Source of the DNA: a virus
Taxonomy: Duplodnaviria; Heunggongvirae; Uroviricota; Caudoviricetes
Virus record (IMG/VR): IMGVR_UViG_3300029214_000136
Coordinates: 1-7,521 of that record
Reading direction: 5' to 3' (one strand)
Length of the DNA: 7,521 nucleotides
Made by a program: the position numbers and the translations under genes. The notes below the pieces were generated by a model, which was given only the letters and a program-made list of their open reading frames with translations, was not told the DNA's origin and searched no databases. Positions 1 to 5,038 of the stretch are shown here, in pieces (the first letter of the stretch is position 1; the number at the start of each line of letters is the position of its first letter).

Positions 1-165
1 TTACATGTTCTTGATGATCGCATCACCAAATTCTGAACATTTCAGCAGTTTAGCGCCTTCCATCAGACGCTCGAAGTCATAGGTTACGGTCTTCGCATTG
101 ATTGCGCCTTCCATACCTTTAACAATCAGGTCTGCGGCTTCAGTCCAGCCCATATGGCGTAACAT
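1..165 (-). pseudogene. icdC: 3' fragment of the isocitrate dehydrogenase gene (about 55 codons), an att-associated remnant like icdC of e14
   Basis: Minus-strand translation of 1-165 reads [54 protein letters not shown], which matches the C-terminus of E. coli Icd as I remember it. The frame closes with an in-frame stop just upstream (169-171), so it cannot be part of an intact gene. The spacing to mcrA (~230 bp) is as I recall for the e14 right end in K-12. Confidence 0.85.
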
Positions 166-398
166 TAGTTAGATGACTAAATCGTAACTATTTGACATAG
201 CAACATAATTTTACTAATTTGCATATAACTCATTAGCTCTTAGCATTTCCATAACTCATTGATTATCAACATGTGTTTTTGAGTTTTGATAACCATTTTT
301 AGCATAAAAATAGCAGTTAACATTTGCAGAAGTTAAGATCAGAGAAAATTTTTACCCTGTAGGGTATTACGTCTTAAATGTGACTTTAATAAACAATT

Positions 399-1232
399 TT
401 ATTTCTGTAATCGGTTTATATTAACGTAAAGCATCTCGATTAGTTCTTTTGCATTTTTACTATAGTGCAATTCTCTATGGCAATTCGGACAAAGGGCAAC
501 ACAGTTATCTGTTGTATCAGCACCACCTGAAGACAGGGGAATTACATGATGCACTTCCAAGTATGGGCTTCCATCATTTAAATAAAACGGAGCATTTTTA
601 CCACAGTTTTCACATATACCTTTACTTTGCTGTAAAATCCAAGCTTTTACCATTGGGTCTCGGACATAAACTTTTTGTAGTCTTTCTACCTCAACTGGTT
701 TCCTGGAGCCCTCGGGTTGACTCAACGTTTTCTTAATTAATTTATTAACCCTCATATTCAGAAGCGATTCATCATCTGTAGGCTGTGAAAGCTCTGATAG
801 TTCTCCATGTATTATAGACGCCCAAAAACTGTCACTATAAATACCTGGAACATTTATCAATATTCGTTTCGTTCTATTGCCGGAAGGAATTTCCTTTCTC
901 CCCGTACGACTAAAATAAGCCTGATAACCACACATCTTCAAGCGTATATCGCGGGGGCTATTACCAATCAAAGTAAAATATTCACCAGGATGGATTTTTC
1001 TTTCATCCAAAGAATGCATATGTTTTCTGACTAATGATGACGCCAGATATACTACGACTTGGGATACACCAGAATCAACCAACCGTTCAATGATATAATC
1101 AAGAGCGATATTGTAATCTTTGTTTCTGTCACCCGGCCCCCACGACTCAAGGATTAGACCATAAACGCCATCCTCTTCACCTATCGAACACTCAGCTTTC
1201 AGTTCAATTCCATTATTATCAAAAACATGCAT
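399..1232 (-). CDS. mcrA: McrA, 5-methylcytosine-specific type IV restriction endonuclease (HNH nuclease), 277 aa
   Basis: The translation from the ATG at 1232 begins MHVFDNNGIELKAE and carries the C-terminal HNH motif CENCGKNAPF...EVHHVIPLSSGGADTTDNCVALCPNCHRELH. The ORF track begins 5 codons earlier at a TTG (1247); I prefer the ATG at 1232. Confidence 0.93.
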   Translation of the reverse strand: MHVFDNNGIELKAECSIGEEDGVYGLILESWGPGDRNKDYNIALDYIIERLVDSGVSQVVVYLASSLVRKHMHSLDERKIHPGEYFTLIGNSPRDIRLKMCGYQAYFSRTGRKEIPSGNRTKRILINVPGIYSDSFWASIIHGELSELSQPTDDESLLNMRVNKLIKKTLSQPEGSRKPVEVERLQKVYVRDPMVKAWILQQSKGICENCGKNAPFYLNDGSPYLEVHHVIPLSSGGADTTDNCVALCPNCHRELHYSKNAKELIEMLYVNINRLQK

Positions 1233-1338
1233 AATATTAATCTTCAATCAATTTTTTACGACAATACTACTTTTATTGATAAAATTGCAACAAGTTGCTG
1301 TTGTTTTATTTTCTTTTGTACACAAAGTGTCTTTAACT

Positions 1339-1893
1339 TTATTTATCCTCTGCAGGAAACCTCTTATACAAAGTTGACACACCAACATCATAGATAATCG
1401 CCACCTTCTGGCGAGGAACTCCTGATGCAATTAATCGTCCGGCCTGTGCCCATTGTTCTGGTGTAAGTTTGGGACGACGTCCACCAATTCGCCCCTGTGC
1501 GCGAGCAGCTTCCAGTCCAGCTTTTGTTCGTTCAACAATCAGTTCACGCTCCATTTCAGCCAAGGCACCCATCACATGAAAGAAAAAGCGTCCCATTGGT
1601 GTGCTGGTATCAATTGAATCCGTCAGACTACGAAAGCTGATGCCTCGTTCGCGCAACTCCTCCACCAACACGACAAGATGCCGCATACTACGCCCCAGCC
1701 GATCCAGCTTCCAGACAACCAGAGTGTCACCTGCCGATAATGTCCTGAGCAGTTTTTTCAGTCCCGGCCTTTCGGACTTTGTGCCGCTTATCTTGTCTTC
1801 AAAAATCAGCTCGCATCCTGCACAGTTCAGCGCATTACGTTGTAGATCTGTGTTCTGGTCATTTGTTGATACGCGTACATAGCCAATAAGCAT
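1339..1893 (-). CDS. pinE: Pin serine recombinase (DNA invertase of the Gin/Hin/Pin family), 184 aa
   Basis: The translation MLIGYVRVSTNDQNTDLQRNAL...GRRPKLTPEQWAQAGRLIASGVPRQKVAIIYDVGVSTLYKRF has the resolvase catalytic N-domain with the serine in YVRVST and a C-terminal helix-turn-helix. A GGGGGAG ribosome-binding site lies about 6 nt upstream of the ATG at 1893; the track's longer ORF to 1929 is probably an over-extension. Confidence 0.93.
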   Translation of the reverse strand: MLIGYVRVSTNDQNTDLQRNALNCAGCELIFEDKISGTKSERPGLKKLLRTLSAGDTLVVWKLDRLGRSMRHLVVLVEELRERGISFRSLTDSIDTSTPMGRFFFHVMGALAEMERELIVERTKAGLEAARAQGRIGGRRPKLTPEQWAQAGRLIASGVPRQKVAIIYDVGVSTLYKRFPAEDK

Positions 1894-1919
1894 GGTAGCT
1901 CCCCCTGACAAAAGCAGGA

Positions 1920-2294
1920 ATGATGCCATTTGCTCGTTATTTCTGCATTTTCATAAACGTTGGTTTGGGAGAAGCGGCAAAACGAAATGTGGGAACAGGG
2001 GAAAATCAGATACCTGATATGTCATCATATGCATCAGGTTCAGGCTGGCGAAAAATGCCAGATGGTTCAATTGAACAGTGGGGACGAATTAGTTTTCCTG
2101 GTGAACACGGGCCTGTATCCGCCAATGTTTCATTCCCGATTCCATTTACACAGACACCGGGCATTGTAATTGTGTGCGATGGTGGTTTCGGGGGCGGGAA
2201 TATGTGGGGGGCGACCAACTGGAGCACTACCGGCTTCATAGCTCACTGCAATTATGGTCTTGAAGGTGGTGCGTTTTTCGCTAAGGGCTGGTAA
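1920..2294 (+). CDS. stfE: Side tail fibre variable C-terminal cassette (stf', promoterless alternative segment in this orientation)
   Basis: The ORF ends ...[36 protein letters not shown], is Gly-rich like tail-fibre tips, and its stop overlaps the start of the downstream tfa gene (TAATGATG). The functional 5' boundary is probably the pix crossover at 1948-1973 rather than the ATG at 1920. Confidence 0.7.
   Translation: MMPFARYFCIFINVGLGEAAKRNVGTGENQIPDMSSYASGSGWRKMPDGSIEQWGRISFPGEHGPVSANVSFPIPFTQTPGIVIVCDGGFGGGNMWGATNWSTTGFIAHCNYGLEGGAFFAKGW
1948..1973. other. pix/gix/hix-type 26-bp crossover site for the Pin invertase
   Basis: The sequence TTTTCATAAACGTTGGTTTGGGAGAA is the reverse complement of TTCTCCCAAACCAACGTTTATGAAAA, which fits the imperfect dyad of hix/gix sites (TTCT...AAACC-AA-GGTTT...GA.AA). 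It lies next to the pin 5' end and inside the 5' end of the tail-fibre cassette, as in G/P inversion systems. Confidence 0.7.
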
Positions 2295-2737
2295 TGATGA
2301 AATATCTGTACGTAAACAACCTGGCATATCCTTACGAACTTCAGTCTCTTTATGTTGAAAAAGGTGAATGGCCTGAAGAAAAAGGTGTTGATATAGACGA
2401 AGTAATTTTCAGGGAATATTTCTATGATACACCACCAGAAGGAAAATACAGATGTGTCGGAGAGGATGGACTGCCTGCATGGGCAGATATTCCTCCACCA
2501 ACACGTGAAGAACAAATTGCATCAGCCGAAACTAAAAAGCAGCAATTGATTAACCAGGCCAACGAATACATAAACAGTAAACAATGGCCAGGTAAAGCAT
2601 CAATTGGTCGTCTGAAAGGTGAGGAACTGGCGCAATATAATTTGTGGCTGGATTATCTGGACGCACTGGAACTGGTCGATACTTCCGGTGCGCCAGATAT
2701 TGAATGGTCTACGCCTCCGGCAGTTCAGGCCAGATGA
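2294..2737 (+). CDS. tfaE: Tail fibre assembly protein (Tfa chaperone)
   Basis: The translation [17 protein letters not shown]...YNLWLDYLDALELVDTSGAPDIEWSTPP is the conserved Tfa family pattern, and the gene is coupled to the stf cassette by a TAA/ATG overlap. The true start may be the second ATG at 2297. The symbol is assigned from position next to pinE as in e14. Confidence 0.8.
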   Translation: MMKYLYVNNLAYPYELQSLYVEKGEWPEEKGVDIDEVIFREYFYDTPPEGKYRCVGEDGLPAWADIPPPTREEQIASAETKKQQLINQANEYINSKQWPGKASIGRLKGEELAQYNLWLDYLDALELVDTSGAPDIEWSTPPAVQAR

Positions 2738-2770
2738 CGTCCGGCGCTGTGCTGGTAATCGCGGTTAATC

Positions 2771-2798
2771 NNNNNNNNNNNNNNNNNNNNNNNNNNNN
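2771..2798. other. Run of 28 N: assembly or scaffold gap of unknown true length
   Basis: Directly visible. It truncates the endolysin 3' end and places an invertible tail-fibre cassette next to a lysis cassette with nothing between. Confidence 0.95.
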
Positions 2799-3239
2799 TT
2801 TGAATTTTGCAATCAGGCTGTCAGCCTTATGCTCGAACTGACCATAACCAGCGCCCGGCAGTGAAGCCCAGATATTGCTGCAACGGTCGATAGCCTGACG
2901 AATATCACCGCGATCAATCATCGGTAAAGCGCCACGCTCTTTAATCTGTTGCAGTGCCACAGCGTCCTGGCTTTTCGGAGAGAAGTCTTTCAGGCCAAGC
3001 TGCTTGCGGTAAGCATCCCACCAGCGTGAAAGAAGTTGATAACGGCCTGCAGCTGTTGATTTGAGTTTCGGGTTTAGCGTGACAAGTTTGCGAGGGTGAT
3101 CGGAGTAATCAGTGAAGAGTTCTCCACCGACAATAACGTCATAACCGTGGTTACGTGTCGGTTGTCGCCCGTTATCCGTTCCCTCTGACCATGCCACCAT
3201 ATCCAGGAAAGCTTTACGCTGGGAATTTAGTACCTGCAT
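2799..3239 (-). CDS. R: Phage endolysin, lambda R-like lytic transglycosylase, 3' end lost in the N gap
   Basis: The translation MQVLNSQRKAFLDMVAWSEGTDNGRQPTRNHGYDVIVGGELFTDYSDHPRKLVTLNPKLKS...GQFEHKADSLIAKFK is nearly collinear with lambda R as I remember it. An RBS TAAGGAG precedes the ATG at 3239. The track ORF runs through the Ns to 2709; that extension is an artefact. Confidence 0.9.
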
Positions 3240-3242
3240 AAA

Positions 3243-3569
3243 TTACTCCTTAGAGCCACCAAACTTGTTACCGATTACTCTCATTGCAGCCCCACGAATA
3301 GCATCAACACCGATCAGCCCCACCCCACCACCAATGGCAACAGATAGTGATTTAGGCCATCCGACATACTCAAGAGCGGATGCAAAAGTCAGCGTCAGAG
3401 CGCCACAGAGTAGAATTTCGAGTGTTTTTCGCTTCCAGCCGCCACCACCGCCAAAATAGGCAATACGTAAACCAGCCATAACAATCGACATAATCACTGC
3501 GCCCAGCGGTGTGTCTCCACGCCACCAGCTCTGGACCAACTCCAGCCATGTATTTGGGTTATGAGGCAT
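3243..3569 (-). CDS. Putative holin (class I-like, lambda S-type topology), 108 aa
   Basis: It lies immediately upstream of the endolysin, with its stop 3 nt from the endolysin ATG. The protein is small with hydrophobic stretches (GAVIMSIVMAGLRIAYFGGGGGW, LEILLCGALTLTFASAL, SVAIGGGVGLIGV) and a charged C-terminal tail, resembling lambda S in the region MAGLRIAYFGGG versus MAYLRGRYNGG. Confidence 0.7.
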   Translation of the reverse strand: MPHNPNTWLELVQSWWRGDTPLGAVIMSIVMAGLRIAYFGGGGGWKRKTLEILLCGALTLTFASALEYVGWPKSLSVAIGGGVGLIGVDAIRGAAMRVIGNKFGGSKE

Positions 3570-3707
3570 TTGTAGTTATCTCTCACCTCGCTGATACAGC
3601 AGGTGCAAATTGAGGAAACATCATGTACCGCAAATCAGAAGCGGAAACGTCAAAGAAGCCGAGTCAATGGATAACTGCGGGATAGGCTAGGACCAAGGAA
3701 TCCCCAG

Positions 3708-3743
3708 ACCCAGAAACGACAAAACCCGCTCGATGGCGGGTTT
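3708..3743 (-). terminator. Intrinsic terminator on the minus strand, in the tR' position upstream of the holin
   Basis: An 8-bp GC-rich stem AAACCCGC/GCGGGTTT (3722-3729 and 3736-3743) with loop TCGATG is followed on the minus strand by TTTTGTCGTTTCT. On the plus strand the stem is followed by only TTT, so it is mainly minus-strand directed. Confidence 0.5.
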
Positions 3744-3745
3744 AA

Positions 3746-3860
3746 GCTGTGTGGCGAAGTGAGCACACTTAACAGATTACGATATTTTTTGCGTACGCGT
3801 TAGTGTTTTGATAGAATTTTCAGCCACATAAAAATTCATTCTTATAATTCGGGATATATA
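3746..3860 (+). promoter_or_regulatory. Divergent intergenic control region: candidate promoter for the ORF A/B operon, and possibly the late promoter for the lysis genes on the other strand
   Basis: A consensus TATAAT hexamer lies at 3843-3848, with TTGATA at 3808-3813 but at non-canonical spacing. The palindrome GCGTACGC(GT) lies at 3791-3800 and GGGA lies 7-10 nt before the ATG at 3861. The exact promoter elements are not resolved. Confidence 0.3.
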
Positions 3861-5036
3861 ATGGATATAACTTGTTTAGAATGTGGCAATGTTCTTGACG
3901 ACCCAACTGTAGCTTGCGATAAATGCGGTGCCACGCCTCATGTTGTAGTGCTGGGCAAACAATCGTACTTTCCTATTGGTGCTGTAACAGCAAATCTTGA
4001 AAAAAATGATTCAAGAGCATTTGATTATCGATTAGGTGAAGTTTGGGATCTAAAAAATGAAGTCACATCTGAATTCATAACCAGAATTGAGAAAAAATTT
4101 AGCCGAAAAAACAAATTTCATAACTTCCTAGACTCAGATCACAACCCTTCATCCATTCCTACGATCCTAAAAAAATACATTAATAAAAATAATGAATTCA
4201 TTGATTTATCTAGAGCTATAATAGAGAAGCTTAAACATAATGCTAATAACGAATCGAGAGTTGCCCAACTTCAGGGGGGGAGCGTTGTTTTCATCCACTA
4301 TAAGTCTACCGAACCAGAGGATTTGGGGAAACTTCTAATCGTAATGGTTGATAAACAAAGCGCCTATGACTTTGATTCGGATAAGTTGACCCCAACAAGA
4401 TTAAATCCAATTAATACCGATGCCTTACGGCAGGCTGCGATGTTCGATTTAACTTTATTCGAAGCCAGTTATCCAGAAAACAAGGGTGACTCATATGTAC
4501 ATTTCTTGCAAGGTAAATCTAAAAGCGATTTTTTCAAAGACTCATTAGGTTGCCGACATGATTCGGACAATAAAAGAAGCATTCAGCAATTATTCAGTGC
4601 TATAGATATTTTTGCTAGTAAAAACTCACTCGGTCGTGTACTGCGTGATACTATTGACAATGAAGTTAAATCCTTACTGGAAAAAAAATCAAAAGATAAA
4701 CACGGAAATAAGTCCGTTAAGATAGAGGATATTTCAAAAATAATTGACTCATGCCTGACTGATTCACACAAATGTAAGGGAACGTTTGTCGATTTTGTTA
4801 ATCTTAATGGTTTCCAGATTGACCCTCAATTTGAACCAACTCCTAAAGCAGCTGAAAGCGCGCTTACAATTGAAGTGGCAGATAACGACAATAATTTTAA
4901 GTTGAAAATAATGCGTGGAGCTATTGGAGACGAAAAGTCAAATAAGCCTGTAATTCTCACTGACAACAAATGCGAAATTGTGATAAAATTGAGTCAGGCA
5001 AATTATGATGAACTCAAAAGATATAGAGACAGCTAA
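3861..5036 (+). CDS. Hypothetical protein (391 aa): N-terminal CxxC-x10-CxxC zinc ribbon fused to a domain resembling nucleoid-associated protein NdpA/YejK
   Basis: The ORF is long and uninterrupted. Cysteines lie at residues 5, 8, 19 and 22 (CLECGNVLDDPTVACDKCG). The segment GGSVVFIHY...LLIVMVDK...LNPINTDALRQAAMFDLTLFE...YVHFLQGKSKSDFFKDSLGC aligns by eye with E. coli YejK GGFVLFCHY...LLVAVLSN...LDINHADIVARIDLTEWE...[23 protein letters not shown]. Composition is AT-rich and Lys/Asn-rich. Confidence 0.8.
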   Translation: MDITCLECGNVLDDPTVACDKCGATPHVVVLGKQSYFPIGAVTANLEKNDSRAFDYRLGEVWDLKNEVTSEFITRIEKKFSRKNKFHNFLDSDHNPSSIPTILKKYINKNNEFIDLSRAIIEKLKHNANNESRVAQLQGGSVVFIHYKSTEPEDLGKLLIVMVDKQSAYDFDSDKLTPTRLNPINTDALRQAAMFDLTLFEASYPENKGDSYVHFLQGKSKSDFFKDSLGCRHDSDNKRSIQQLFSAIDIFASKNSLGRVLRDTIDNEVKSLLEKKSKDKHGNKSVKIEDISKIIDSCLTDSHKCKGTFVDFVNLNGFQIDPQFEPTPKAAESALTIEVADNDNNFKLKIMRGAIGDEKSNKPVILTDNKCEIVIKLSQANYDELKRYRDS

Positions 5037-5038
5037 TA

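Noticed and set aside
354-367. Short hairpin TACCC-TGTA-GGGTA downstream of the mcrA stop as a possible terminator
   Set aside because: The stem is only 5 bp and the flanking run is A then T rather than a clean U-tract; too weak to call.
449-1034. Plus-strand ORFs 449-736 (95 aa) and 807-1034 (75 aa)
   Set aside because: They are antisense to the full-length, clearly recognisable mcrA gene and their translations are low-complexity with no motifs; these are shadow ORFs.
1233-1247. TTG-initiated N-terminal extensions proposed by the ORF track for mcrA (1247) and Q (6604)
   Set aside because: Downstream ATG codons (1232 and 6589) give N-termini matching the known protein families and have better RBS spacing.
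1248-1430. Minus-strand ORF of 60 aa overlapping the pinE 3' end
   Set aside because: It is out of frame with pinE and overlaps it and the mcrA-pinE intergenic region, with no RBS or motif.
1601-1882. Plus-strand ORF of 93 aa
   Set aside because: It is antisense to pinE and Ser/Arg-rich in a way typical of reverse-strand translation of a real gene.
1960-2515. Overlapping ORFs 1960-2169(+), 2006-2239(-), 2130-2327(-) and 2252-2515(-)
   Set aside because: They lie in alternative frames or strands of the stf'/tfa' cassette, whose own frames give recognisable tail-fibre and Tfa proteins.
2709-2798. Extension of the endolysin ORF through the N run to 2709
   Set aside because: Translation across the Ns is meaningless, and the residues beyond the gap (LTAITSTAPDVIWPELPEA) read the tfa 3' flank in an arbitrary frame; the endolysin is truncated at the gap.
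3265-3459. Plus-strand ORF of 64 aa inside the holin gene
   Set aside because: It is antisense to the holin, Pro/Ser-rich, and has no start context.
3622-3681. Small plus-strand ORF (about 19 aa, MYRKSEAETSKKPSQWITAG) with a GAGGAA RBS-like sequence upstream
   Set aside because: It is very short, sits in the leader between the terminator and the holin on the opposite strand, and has no supporting conservation I can assess; probably chance.
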